Assembly (NCBI GenBank): GCA_963662615.2
Contig: CAXXSR010000001.1
Location: 960,001 to 1,024,000 of the forward strand
Direction of reading: 5' to 3'
Length of the DNA stretch: 64,000 nt
Source of the DNA: Dehalococcoidia bacterium
GTDB taxonomy: Bacteria > Chloroflexota > Dehalococcoidia > Bin125
The notes under the pieces: model-generated
What the model was told of the DNA's origin: nothing
The model's input: the letters and a program-made list of their open reading frames with translations, nothing else
Databases searched by the model: none
Made by a program: the position numbers and the translations under genes
Shown: piece by piece, positions 1-8,577 of the stretch
How positions within the stretch are numbered: position 1 is the stretch's first letter
Layout: each line of letters opens with the position of its first letter

Positions 1-261
1 ATCCGCCAGCTGCGCGAGCTGCGCCCGGAGTTCAAGGATCCCGAGTCCTTCGTCTTCTTTCCCTGGTCGGGCCGGGTGGAATCGTTCGTGAACGCCAAGC
101 TCTTCGAGCGCATTCTGAGGCGCTGCAGCGGGGACGAGCGGGCGGAGAAGGATACTCGCCGCGCCCTGGAACAGCTCCTCGCCCTGGACCGCGAAGACCT
201 GCGCCAAGCCATCGCCGGGGGAGAGAAATACCACACGCTCTACGAGCATGGCGAAGGCTAA
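1..261 (+). CDS. 3' part of a hypothetical protein (truncated by window edge)
   Basis: Frame 1 is open from base 1 (IRQLRELRPEFKDPESFVFFPWSG...) to TAA at 259-261, with host-like codon usage. Confidence 0.7.
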   Translation: MRQLRELRPEFKDPESFVFFPWSGRVESFVNAKLFERILRRCSGDERAEKDTRRALEQLLALDREDLRQAIAGGEKYHTLYEHGEG

Positions 262-306
262 GCGAAGCACGAAAACCAAAGCGCTCAGCCTTTTGGCCGC
301 CTCCGC

Positions 307-336
307 TTGCAACGCGGAAGGGCCGTTATATAAACT
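307..336 (+). promoter_or_regulatory. sigma70-type promoter for the small zinc-ribbon gene at 458
   Basis: TTGCAA (307-312), 18-bp spacer, TAAACT (331-336), in an AT-rich patch of a GC-rich genome. Confidence 0.55.
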
Positions 337-457
337 CACCCCGGTTAGGGCGGGGGTGAAGAGGCGAGGCGACCCCCATGGGTGACGCCGAAAGGCTCGG
401 CGCACGGAAAGGAGTCCCGCGCTTTTGGTACACAGATCGGCATTGGGGGGCGTGTCT

Positions 458-616
458 ATGCGCACGCTGCGAAGAAACTGTACCCATCATTGGCAGGTCG
501 ATCGTCCTGATTCCCAGTACTCCGCAGGCACCTGCGCCAAGTGCGGGATGATGAAGAAGTTCCTCAACTACGGCGAGCAATTGCGGATGCCGTTTGGGCG
601 GCGGCGGAGCGCTTAG
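458..616 (+). CDS. small CxHHW...CxxC zinc-ribbon protein (52 aa), function unknown
   Basis: MRTLRRNCTHHWQVDRPDSQYSAGTCAKCGMMKKFLNYGE...; GGGGGG RBS-like run upstream; clear paralog at 19311-19586; promoter upstream and terminator downstream. Confidence 0.75.
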   Translation: MRTLRRNCTHHWQVDRPDSQYSAGTCAKCGMMKKFLNYGEQLRMPFGRRRSA

Positions 617-687
617 GCCATTCGGCCGGGCTGATCGACCAGCAGCGCCGGCTCCGCTCCGGAGCCGGGAACTGCTACACCAGGGGG

Positions 688-716
688 GAAGGCGGCCGAC
701 TCTCGGCCGCCTTTTC
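688..716 (+). terminator. intrinsic terminator
   Basis: AAGGCGGCCGA-ctc-TCGGCCGCCTT hairpin followed by a T-rich tail. Confidence 0.7.
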
Positions 717-782
717 GTTGTTCAACGGTTTCGTAAAGGGTGCGTGATGTTGCCGCCCGGTGTTCGCCGCTGCGGGAGCAAC

Positions 783-848
783 GGCTCAAGGCGCGGGCTC
801 AGGGCGCAGGGCTCAAGGCAGTGGCTCAAGGCACCGGTTCAAGGCAGT
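783..848. repeat. 13-14-bp tandem repeat x5 (GGCTCAAGGCAGT-like)
   Basis: Units start at 783, 796, 810, 823 and 836; the last contains the TGA stop of 839-1672. Confidence 0.8.
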
Positions 849-1672
849 GGCGGCGCCTCCACGACCTCAATCCGAAGCGCGATAATCTCCTCATGCTCCC
901 GCGCCAGCAGTTGGAACGCCGCCGGGCTCAGTTCCAACTCCGTGCGGAAGGCGCCGGCGCCGCCGACGACGACGCGGGTCGCCGTGCCGATCAGGGCGGC
1001 GGTGTCTTCCTCACTCAGTTGCGGTCCGCCCGGGAGGCGTGTGAGTTCCAGCGTGGTGCCCGCGGCCCAGACGCTCGACAGCGCGAAGGTCGCGTCGGCG
1101 GGGTCGTAGCCGAGGCCGGGGGCGACCGTGCGGTTGGGGAGGCCCGCCGGGATGGGACGGGCCGCCCCGCGCTCCACGACCACGGGCGCGCCGCCCAGAT
1201 CGGCGGAGGTGATGATGGTGGGCCGGTCTGGTTGCGCGGGCACCGGGTCAGGCGCGGCTTCGGCCTCGCTCGCGGTGGGCGCCACGTCGGCCGGGGCGGA
1301 CCGCTCCACATCGATCGGCGCCGCGGCCGGGACGCTGTCCTCGACCGCCGCGGCGGCGGTCGCCGGCGCTTGCGGCGCGGCTGCGACCGGCGCCGAGGGA
1401 GTGGGCGCCGCGGCCGGTGCCGCCTCGTCGTCCACCAGCGCATCGACGCCGAAGAAGACGCCGACGCCAAGGCCGGCCAGGGCCAGCATCGGCAGGAGCA
1501 GTCGCAGGAGCGCTCCCCCGTTCAGTTGCGGCCGTCGCCGGCGACGACGATCGCCGGGAAGGCGCAGCGGCCGTCGGGGGTTGTAGGGGAGGTCGTTGGC
1601 ACCGCGAATCCGCGTGGTCGCGCCGGGAAGCTCGCGAAAGCTGCGACGACTGAAACGCATGCCATCCGCCAT
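839..1672 (-). CDS. hypothetical membrane-anchored protein with Ala/Pro-rich linker
   Basis: One TM helix (LLLPMLALAGLGVGVFFGV), a low-complexity linker and a globular C-terminus. Confidence 0.65.
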   Translation of the reverse strand: MADGMRFSRRSFRELPGATTRIRGANDLPYNPRRPLRLPGDRRRRRRPQLNGGALLRLLLPMLALAGLGVGVFFGVDALVDDEAAPAAAPTPSAPVAAAPQAPATAAAAVEDSVPAAAPIDVERSAPADVAPTASEAEAAPDPVPAQPDRPTIITSADLGGAPVVVERGAARPIPAGLPNRTVAPGLGYDPADATFALSSVWAAGTTLELTRLPGGPQLSEEDTAALIGTATRVVVGGAGAFRTELELSPAAFQLLAREHEEIIALRIEVVEAPPLP

Positions 1673-1844
1673 AGGCCGATACTACGCCCCGCGATCACGT
1701 TGTCAAAGAGGGCGTGTTGTCAAAGCGAGGCGCCGGCGGATACCAGCAGGACATGGTCCAGACCAGGGCGAGCGAGCGATGGTAGCGGCCTCGTATGGTG
1801 GTGATGCGCAGCGGGTGTCTGAGCCCAGCGAAAGGATGCGAGCC

Positions 1845-2264
1845 ATGCCCGACACGCCCGAGTCCCCCATCCGGGGGCGCGCGCTGGATCACGTCGTCCT
1901 GCGCGTCCGCGATCTTGAGCGCAGCCTGGGCTTCTATCGCGACGTGTTGCATTTGACGGTGGAAGGGCAGGAAGCGCACAGGGCCGGGAAGAAGCCGTTC
2001 GTCAGCGTCCGCGCGGGCACGTCGCTGATCGATCTGATCCCCGATCCCGCCGCGACCGCTGCCGCCGCAGGGATGGACCATCTGTGTCTCGAGATCGCCA
2101 CGGACGATCTCTCCGCGGCACGGCGCTGGCTTGAGGCGAAGGGCATTGCCGTTGACGATGGTCCCGTGCGGCGAGACGGTGCGCGCGGTTGGGGCATGAG
2201 CCTCTACGTTCGTGATCCGGACGGCTACGCCTTGGAGCTGAAGCGATATGACGAGACGGCCTGA
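1845..2264 (+). CDS. VOC/glyoxalase family protein
   Basis: LDHVVLRVRDLERSLGFY...DHLCL...SLYVRDPDGYALEL motifs; AAAGGA RBS. Confidence 0.85.
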   Translation: MPDTPESPIRGRALDHVVLRVRDLERSLGFYRDVLHLTVEGQEAHRAGKKPFVSVRAGTSLIDLIPDPAATAAAAGMDHLCLEIATDDLSAARRWLEAKGIAVDDGPVRRDGARGWGMSLYVRDPDGYALELKRYDETA

Positions 2265-2356
2265 GCAGGGCCGGCGCGCGCTTGGACCAATCCGGGCCGC
2301 ACAGTACGATGCGCGGAAACGTGGCCGACATGCGGACGGGACGATCGCGAGTTGCC

Positions 2357-3514
2357 ATGAACTATGACGAAGAGGCCATTGCCGCCCACCGCAAGTGGCG
2401 GGGCAAGGTTTCCTATGGCAGCAAGGTCACGGTCCGGGATCACAAGGACTTGAGCGTAGTTTACACGCCCGGTGTGGCCGCGCCTTGCCGGGAGATCCAG
2501 GTGCATCCCGAGCTGGCGCGAGAGTTCACGGGCATCGCCAATCTTGTCGCGGTGATCACGGACGGGAGTGCGGTCCTGGGGCTGGGCGACATTGGCCCCC
2601 AGGCGGCGCTGCCAGTCATGGAAGGCAAGTGCATCCTCTTCAAAGAGTTCGCCGGCATTGACGCGGTGCCTATTGCGCTCGACGTGCACAGCAGCGACGA
2701 GATCGTGGCGACGGTGGCGGCGCTGGCGCCCTCCTTCGGGGGGATCAACCTGGAGGACATCGCCGGGCCCAAGTGCTTCGAGATCGAGGCGCGCCTGCGC
2801 GACAGGCTCACGATCCCGGTCATGCATGACGACCAACACGGGACCGCCGTGGTGGTGCTGGCCGGCGTCATCAATGCGATCAAGGTGACCAAGCGGGAGC
2901 CGCGCAACACCCGCACGGTAATCCTGGGCGCGGGCGCCGGCGGCATCGCCGTGGCGAAGCTGCTGCGGGCCTACGGCGTGGGGGAGATCGCAGTGCTGGA
3001 CAGCAAGGGCCTCCTCACCGCCGACCGCGACGCTCTCAACCCCTACAAGCGAGAGATTGCCGCTGCGGACGGCTACACCCGCAATCGGGATGGCAGCATC
3101 CCCCAGCTCGCCCAAGTGATTCGCGGGGCAGACCTCTTCTTGGGCCTGAGTGGTCCCGGCCTGGTCAGCGCGGCGGAGGTCGCTTCCATGAACCGGGAGG
3201 CGCTGGTCTTCGCCATGGCGAATCCGGACCCAGAGATCGAGCCGGACGCCGCCGCCGAGGCCGGCGCCGCCATCGTCGCCACGGGCCGGTCGGACTACCC
3301 CAATCAGATCAACAACGCCCTGGGCTTCCCGGGCATCTTTCGGGGGCTGCTGGACGGCGAGATCGCCAAGGTGGAGGAGCCGCTCAAACTGGCCGCGGCG
3401 GCAGCCATTGCCGAGTCCGTGACGGAACCGACGCCGGGGAGGATCGTGCCCAGCATCTTTGAGCCGGGACTGGCCAACGCCGTCGCGCAGGCGGTCATGC
3501 GCTCGGCGGGCTAG
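2357..3514 (+). CDS. NAD(P)-dependent malic enzyme
   Basis: YTPGVA, TDGSAVLGLGDIGP, VMEGK, INLEDI, HDDQHGTA, GAGAGG, ATGRSDYPNQINN motifs. Confidence 0.95.
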   Translation: MNYDEEAIAAHRKWRGKVSYGSKVTVRDHKDLSVVYTPGVAAPCREIQVHPELAREFTGIANLVAVITDGSAVLGLGDIGPQAALPVMEGKCILFKEFAGIDAVPIALDVHSSDEIVATVAALAPSFGGINLEDIAGPKCFEIEARLRDRLTIPVMHDDQHGTAVVVLAGVINAIKVTKREPRNTRTVILGAGAGGIAVAKLLRAYGVGEIAVLDSKGLLTADRDALNPYKREIAAADGYTRNRDGSIPQLAQVIRGADLFLGLSGPGLVSAAEVASMNREALVFAMANPDPEIEPDAAAEAGAAIVATGRSDYPNQINNALGFPGIFRGLLDGEIAKVEEPLKLAAAAAIAESVTEPTPGRIVPSIFEPGLANAVAQAVMRSAG

Positions 3515-3543
3515 CGCCCGGAAGTCTCGCTCAGGACCGCGCC

Positions 3544-3599
3544 GGCTGGACGAAGGGCTAGGCTGGACGAAGGGCTAGGCTGAACGAAGGGCTAGGCTG
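3544..3599. repeat. 17-bp tandem repeat x3 (GGCTGGACGAAGGGCTA)
   Basis: Units 3544, 3561 and 3578; the last overlaps the TAG stop of 3592-3807. Confidence 0.85.
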
Positions 3600-3807
3600 C
3601 AGCCACCTCGGTGACGCGCCAGTGGCCGCCGTCGCGGGACAGCTGCACCGAGGCGCGGAGGCCGTTCTTCCCCAGGAGCCAGACGACCGCACAGGGGCCG
3701 TTCAGTTCCACTGCCTCCACCACGGGCGAGGGGACTCCCGCCTGCCCAAGCGATTGCATCACGGCCGTCACCCGCGCAGAGTCGCGGTCCGCGTCGCCAA
3801 GGCTCAT
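3592..3807 (-). CDS. small hypothetical protein (71 aa)
   Basis: Protein-like composition with a beta-rich C-terminus (LSRDGGHWRV); fills the intergenic gap. Confidence 0.45.
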   Translation of the reverse strand: MSLGDADRDSARVTAVMQSLGQAGVPSPVVEAVELNGPCAVVWLLGKNGLRASVQLSRDGGHWRVTEVAAA

Positions 3808-3940
3808 GCTCGCGCCGCCGTTCGCCTGCTCGCTCAGGGAGAGCGTGGCAGGGACTGGGGCGGACTCCTATCAGGGAATGGCCCATCAGCGGGTGCGAGG
3901 CGCCCCGATTCCGGCGCGAGGGTGAGGGGCGTCGGAGGCG

Positions 3941-4005
3941 CCTCATGGAGTCGCCTCATGGAGTCGCCTCATGAAGTCGTCTCATGGAGGCGTCTCATGG
4001 AGGCG
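3941..4005. repeat. 13-bp tandem repeat x5 (CCTCATGGAGTCG)
   Basis: Units 3941, 3954, 3967, 3980 and 3993; the last contains the TGA stop of 3995-5857. Confidence 0.85.
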
Positions 4006-5857
4006 GTGGCTGGCGCCAGGCGTCCTCGTAGCGGTGGCCGTCCCAACCGAAGCCGAAACGGGGCAGGTGCACATGGGGCGGATGGAGCGTCCGCTGGATG
4101 CCATGGCCGACGTTGACGACCCACGACGGCCGCTCCAGCAACACCGGCTCCACTGAGTCGCGGAAGATGCGCCGCCGCTCCCTGGCATCCTGCGCCCGCC
4201 GCATCCGCTCCAGGGCGGCATCGACGCCCGGATGGGCAAAGCCGCCCCAGTTGTCGGCGCCGTCGCTGTGCACCGTCCGCAGCAGGTGCGCGGTGGGATC
4301 GGGGTCCGTGATGGCGTCGCCCCAGCCCACGAAGACGCTCACCGTTCCCCGTCGCAAGCCCTCCACGATGTCGGCGTAGGCGGCCGTCTCCGTCCTGACG
4401 TCTATCCCCAGCCGGGCCCCCAACGTGGCCTCCAGCTCCGCGTCCACGCCGGGGTAGGTGGCGGCGAAGGTCGCCGGCAGGTGCAGCGTCAGCGGCCCTT
4501 CGAATTGCGCCGCCGCTACGAGATCGCGAATCGTCTTGCGCTGCGCGTCAGAGAGCCGTGCGCTATAGCCCGGTTGCTGCAGCAGTTCCGGCTCCGCCAT
4601 GGCCCAGCCGGTGAACCAGGGGACGGCGCCGCTCAGCCGACCGTGCGAACCGTATGCCCGCCCCATGAGTGCGTGTCGGTCCAGCGCCAAGTGCAGGGCC
4701 CGCGCCAGGCGGGTGTCCTGGAGCGGATTGGCCGGCCCCCGGCGAAAGCTCATTGCCATCTGAATGCCGAACGGCAGCGGCCGTTCAGCGACGCGGTGGT
4801 CCGGCAAGTCGGCCAGCACGGGCTGGACGGCGCGGGGATCGCCGGGGCTCCACAGATCGAGTCGTCCCTCGCGGTAGGCGGCTTCTTGCTCGGCGGCGCT
4901 GACGAGGTGCACCACGGTCACGCTGTCCAGATAGGGTCGCTGCGCACGGAAGTAGGACTGATTGCGCTGGAAGCTGATCAGTCGGCCCGGCCTGAAGCTG
5001 CCGACGCGGAAGGGGCCGCTGCCGGTGTAGTAGCGGCGATCGAGCGGATCATCCCGCAAGCGCTCACCGTAGATTCGCCATACCTCCGGCGCCTGGATGA
5101 AGGCCCAGGGACCCGCATGCGTCACCGTTGGGTAGAGGGCGTTGGGGCCATCCGTGCGCAGGACGATCGTCTCGGCGTCCACTACCTGCAGCGACGCCGT
5201 CTCTGCGTAGAGGCTCTGGCGGAGGAAGAGCGGATCGGCCGCGCCGCTGGCGTCAACAGCGGCGATCTGGCGTTCAATGTTCGCGCGCACATCGTCGGCC
5301 GTGAGGGAGCGGGCGCCGGTCAGGGGATGATCCCACCAGCGCACGCTTGGTCGCAGGACGAAGACGTACGTTTCCTCGTCGGGCACCTCCGGAAGGGCAG
5401 CGAGATCGCCCTCCAATTCGCCGCTGTCGATGTCTGCGTAGCGGAGGAGCTTGCTCTGCTGCAGCGCGGAGAAGAGTTGCGTGCTGACTAAGCGCGATCG
5501 ATGGATGTCGAAGAAGTCCAGCTCCGACAACGAGGCCGCCAACTGCAGGGTGCCGCCGGGCTGCGGCGGCCCCGTTGGCGGCGGCCCATCCGCGAAGGAC
5601 GGCGGCGGGGCGGGATCGGACGCCTGCGCCGGCGGCGCTCGCTCCGGCCTCAGGGCGGCGCCGGTCCCGGCGGGCGGCATCTCGCCGACGCCGTCGTCGC
5701 CATTGGTGGCGTCGCCATCGGCGTCGTCGTCATCGCCGCCGCAGCCCGCCAGCGCCAGCGCCGCGACGCCAACGCCCGCCCGCAGCGACGCGGCCAGCAG
5801 CGCGCGTCGCGACAGGCGGCGTCGGGCGAGCCCGGGTCGCGTTGCGTGGGCGCGCAC
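3995..5857 (-). CDS. ABC transporter substrate-binding lipoprotein, family 5 (peptide/nickel type), Tat signal
   Basis: RRRLSRRALL Tat motif, LAGC lipobox, GSGPF, RALHLALDR; paralog of 42951-44867. Confidence 0.9.
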   Translation of the reverse strand: MRAHATRPGLARRRLSRRALLAASLRAGVGVAALALAGCGGDDDDADGDATNGDDGVGEMPPAGTGAALRPERAPPAQASDPAPPPSFADGPPPTGPPQPGGTLQLAASLSELDFFDIHRSRLVSTQLFSALQQSKLLRYADIDSGELEGDLAALPEVPDEETYVFVLRPSVRWWDHPLTGARSLTADDVRANIERQIAAVDASGAADPLFLRQSLYAETASLQVVDAETIVLRTDGPNALYPTVTHAGPWAFIQAPEVWRIYGERLRDDPLDRRYYTGSGPFRVGSFRPGRLISFQRNQSYFRAQRPYLDSVTVVHLVSAAEQEAAYREGRLDLWSPGDPRAVQPVLADLPDHRVAERPLPFGIQMAMSFRRGPANPLQDTRLARALHLALDRHALMGRAYGSHGRLSGAVPWFTGWAMAEPELLQQPGYSARLSDAQRKTIRDLVAAAQFEGPLTLHLPATFAATYPGVDAELEATLGARLGIDVRTETAAYADIVEGLRRGTVSVFVGWGDAITDPDPTAHLLRTVHSDGADNWGGFAHPGVDAALERMRRAQDARERRRIFRDSVEPVLLERPSWVVNVGHGIQRTLHPPHVHLPRFGFGWDGHRYEDAWRQPPPP

Positions 5858-5972
5858 GTCCCTCCCTCTTGCGCTTAGCGTCTCCGATGACGGAAGTTCT
5901 CGCCAGGCGCTCCCGGGCCCGGCGCCGTCAGCCCTGGTTTGCCGGCAGGGCGGCGTTCTCTAAGGTAGCCCC

Positions 5973-6701
5973 GTGCCCATGCCCGCCCCGTCCGGCGCCG
6001 TGTTGGGGAAGCTCTCGCTGACGGCCCTGCGGCGTTCGCTTCCTGCCCGCGCGCGCCTGCGCCGGCACTGGCTTGGGTTTCTCTGGACGGGGCTGCTCCT
6101 TGGTGGCGTGGCGATGGCCGTCTGGGCCTCGGTGGACGACCGCTTTCCCGCCGACGTCACGGTGGGCCGCTGGCTTCAGGACCATGATGTCGGCGGCCAG
6201 GAGCTGATCGACTTCCTGCGCGACGTGGGCGCCACTACCCCGGCGCTCGTGACCGTCCTGGTGATGGCGGCGACCCTGGCCGCGCTCAAGCGTCCGCGCA
6301 TGGCCGTGGTCGCGGCGGCCTTCGCGCTCGGCTTCGTGCTCCAGTGGCTGTTGAAGGAGTTGGTCGACCGGCCGCGCCCCGCCATGGATCTCTTGGAGCA
6401 TCGCACGACGTTCGGCTCCAGCAGCTTTCCCAGCGGCCACGCCATGAGCAGCGTGATCGCGGCGGGGCTGGTGCTCTATCTCTCGTTGCGCATCGCCGCT
6501 CCGCTGTGGCTGCGCGCGGGCGTGGCCGTGTGGACGCTGGGCGTGGGGCTGCTCAACCCCTGGGTGTCGGTGACGTCCGGCGTGCACTGGCCGTCCGACT
6601 CCCTGGGCGGCGTGGTGTGGGGATTGGTGGTGATCATTCCGGGCATCGTGCTGCTGGAACGAGTCGCCGCCGCCGACGCTCGCGCCAGAGCTGGTCGCTA
6701 G
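5973..6701 (+). CDS. PAP2 family membrane phosphatase
   Basis: KELVDRPRP, FPSGHA and GVHWPSD motifs; the motif-3 Arg appears replaced by Ser; multiple TMs. Start uncertain. Confidence 0.85.
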   Translation: MPMPAPSGAVLGKLSLTALRRSLPARARLRRHWLGFLWTGLLLGGVAMAVWASVDDRFPADVTVGRWLQDHDVGGQELIDFLRDVGATTPALVTVLVMAATLAALKRPRMAVVAAAFALGFVLQWLLKELVDRPRPAMDLLEHRTTFGSSSFPSGHAMSSVIAAGLVLYLSLRIAAPLWLRAGVAVWTLGVGLLNPWVSVTSGVHWPSDSLGGVVWGLVVIIPGIVLLERVAAADARARAGR

Positions 6702-6710
6702 AGCCGCACG

Positions 6711-7697
6711 CTAGAGCCGCACGCCGCTGCGCTCTGCGCCCAGATACGCCAGCGTTTGGCGCAGTGCGGCACGCAGGCCGAACAGCGGCGCGAAGCCGGT
6801 GGTTGAACGTAGGCGGGAGTCGTCGATGAGGTGGGGCCGGTCCACTAACTCCAGATAGCCGTCAACTCGGTCAGGGGCTCGCACGATCCAGGAGCTGAGC
6901 GTGCTGCTGCGCTGAGCCGCCCGCGCCAGGCGGTACGGTACCCAGACGAACCGCGCGCGGCGGCCCAGCAGCGAGTACGTCTCCTCGGCCAGCGAGCGCC
7001 AATCGCTGTCGATGCTCTTGACGTGGAAGATCCGGTCCCGTGTCTCGCTCAGCTGGTCAATGGTGCTCCAGACGGCCCGAGCCAAGTCCGGGGCGTAGGA
7101 GAGCGAAACGGGCTGACGCCCCCCGTCGATCAAGCGGGGCCGGAGCGTGTCCTGAAAGTGGAGCAAGATCCGATGCACCGGACCGGAATCGCGCGGGCCG
7201 AAGGCCAGGGCCGATCGCAGGACAATCAAGGGGATGCGACGGCGGTAGGTGCGCGCCGCGCGCTCGGCCATCACCAGGCTCTGCGCCAGCGGCGCTTGGG
7301 GGCGAAAGCTCCAGGTCTCGGCCACGGGCCAACTGGGCAATGATTCGCCGTACATCGCGGTGGAGGAGAGGTGAACGAACCCTTCCACGCCCGCGTCCAC
7401 GGAGGCGTCCAGGAGGTTGGTCGTACTCGTGACGTTGGCTTCTTCGTACTCCTCTTTGCTGTGGCCGCTGGTGGTCAGGCCCACGGCGTTGATCACCACC
7501 GTGGCCCCGGCCGCCGCCCGGCGCAGGGCGTCGCGGTCCGTGTGGTGGGCCCGCACGATGGTGAGCCCCAGCTCCGCCAGCCGCTCCACCGGGGCGCCCG
7601 GGCGGATCAGCGCCACCACCTCAACATCGTGACGCGCCAGCTCATCGACGATGTGGCCGCCAATGAAATCGCAGGCGCCGGCCACTACGATGCGCAC
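6711..7697 (-). CDS. extended SDR / NAD-dependent epimerase-like protein with degenerate active site
   Basis: Rossmann start VVAGACDFIGG and HLSSTAMYG; the YxxxK position reads LAQSL. Confidence 0.8.
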   Translation of the reverse strand: MRIVVAGACDFIGGHIVDELARHDVEVVALIRPGAPVERLAELGLTIVRAHHTDRDALRRAAAGATVVINAVGLTTSGHSKEEYEEANVTSTTNLLDASVDAGVEGFVHLSSTAMYGESLPSWPVAETWSFRPQAPLAQSLVMAERAARTYRRRIPLIVLRSALAFGPRDSGPVHRILLHFQDTLRPRLIDGGRQPVSLSYAPDLARAVWSTIDQLSETRDRIFHVKSIDSDWRSLAEETYSLLGRRARFVWVPYRLARAAQRSSTLSSWIVRAPDRVDGYLELVDRPHLIDDSRLRSTTGFAPLFGLRAALRQTLAYLGAERSGVRL

Positions 7698-7807
7698 CCT
7701 CGCAGTGTAGTCGCGCTCCTCCCGCGAGCCAGAGGAGGCCGCGTGCTAGTCTGATCCGGCCGCGTCCCGGTGGGATGGCGGCGCCTGGGGGCAGAAGGGG
7801 CGGGGAG

Positions 7808-8110
7808 ATGCCGGTTCGACTTCGCCGCGGCCAGACGGTGCTGCGGCTCGAGACGATCTCGCCCCCTCCGATCCAGACCTCGGCGGGTCTCGCCCGGATC
7901 CAGGCCGCCAGCTTCGCGTTCGCATCGCCTCGGGCCGGGGCCTACTGGTTGAGTCCCCGCAGCGTCACCCTGGTCCGCGGCGACGGCCGGCGCGAACAGG
8001 CGAGGGTGGTGGATGTGACCGGCCGGGCAATTGTGGCGATGATCGTGACGAGCATCGCGGTGCCCGCTCTGTGCATCGCCGCGCAGCGAAAGTGGAGGCG
8101 GATGTCATGA
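7808..8110 (+). CDS. hypothetical protein with C-terminal TM helix
   Basis: GGGGAG RBS; ATGA overlap with the next gene. Confidence 0.6.
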   Translation: MPVRLRRGQTVLRLETISPPPIQTSAGLARIQAASFAFASPRAGAYWLSPRSVTLVRGDGRREQARVVDVTGRAIVAMIVTSIAVPALCIAAQRKWRRMS

Positions 8111-8520
8111 CAGGCCCAGAGGACGAGGCGCCCTGGTTGGGCGAGCTTCCCCGGTCCGTGACCCGAGTGATGGATGTCGCCAACGCCAACACCGTGGTCG
8201 GCCCCGCCCAAGAGCGTGATGGCCGCACGGTGATTCCGCTGGCGACGGTCGCAGCGGGGTACGGCTTCGGCCTCGGTTTTGGGCGCGAGGCCGGCCAGGA
8301 GCGCGACGAAGAAGAAGAAGAAGGGCTAAAGACCGGCGGCGGCGGCGGCGGTGGTGGCGGGGCGCGCGTGCGCCCGGTGGCCGTGTTGGAGTTTTCGGAT
8401 CAGGGCGTGCGCGTCCATCAAGTGGTGGACAGCACCCGGATTACGGTGGCGTCGTTGCTCCTGGCCGGCTGGTGCGTCTTCTGGATCACGCGGACCATTG
8501 GCGGGTTCCGCCGGCGTTAG
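8107..8520 (+). CDS. YtfJ/GerW family protein
   Basis: VVGPAQERDGRTVIPLATV..GYGFG...GGGGGGG..RPVAVL pattern. Confidence 0.8.
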   Translation: MTGPEDEAPWLGELPRSVTRVMDVANANTVVGPAQERDGRTVIPLATVAAGYGFGLGFGREAGQERDEEEEEGLKTGGGGGGGGGARVRPVAVLEFSDQGVRVHQVVDSTRITVASLLLAGWCVFWITRTIGGFRRR

Positions 8521-8577
8521 CCGCCATCCGGCGACTCCGGCGCTAGCCGCCATCCGGCGGCTCCGGCGTTAGCCGCC
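8517..8577. repeat. 26-bp tandem repeat between convergent stop codons
   Basis: TTAGCCGCCATCCGGCG.CTCCGGCG at 8517 and 8543, plus TTAGCCGCC at 8569. Confidence 0.8.

Noticed and set aside
345-365. FMN riboswitch (AGGGCGGGGGTGAA resembles the aptamer start)
   Set aside because: The downstream conserved blocks (ACCGGCGGT, AGTCCGGATG) are absent, and the gene is unrelated to flavin metabolism.
3544-4005. CRISPR array
   Set aside because: Contiguous tandem units with no unique spacers and no cas genes; the same applies to 29845-29940, 39075-39260 and 60093-60143.
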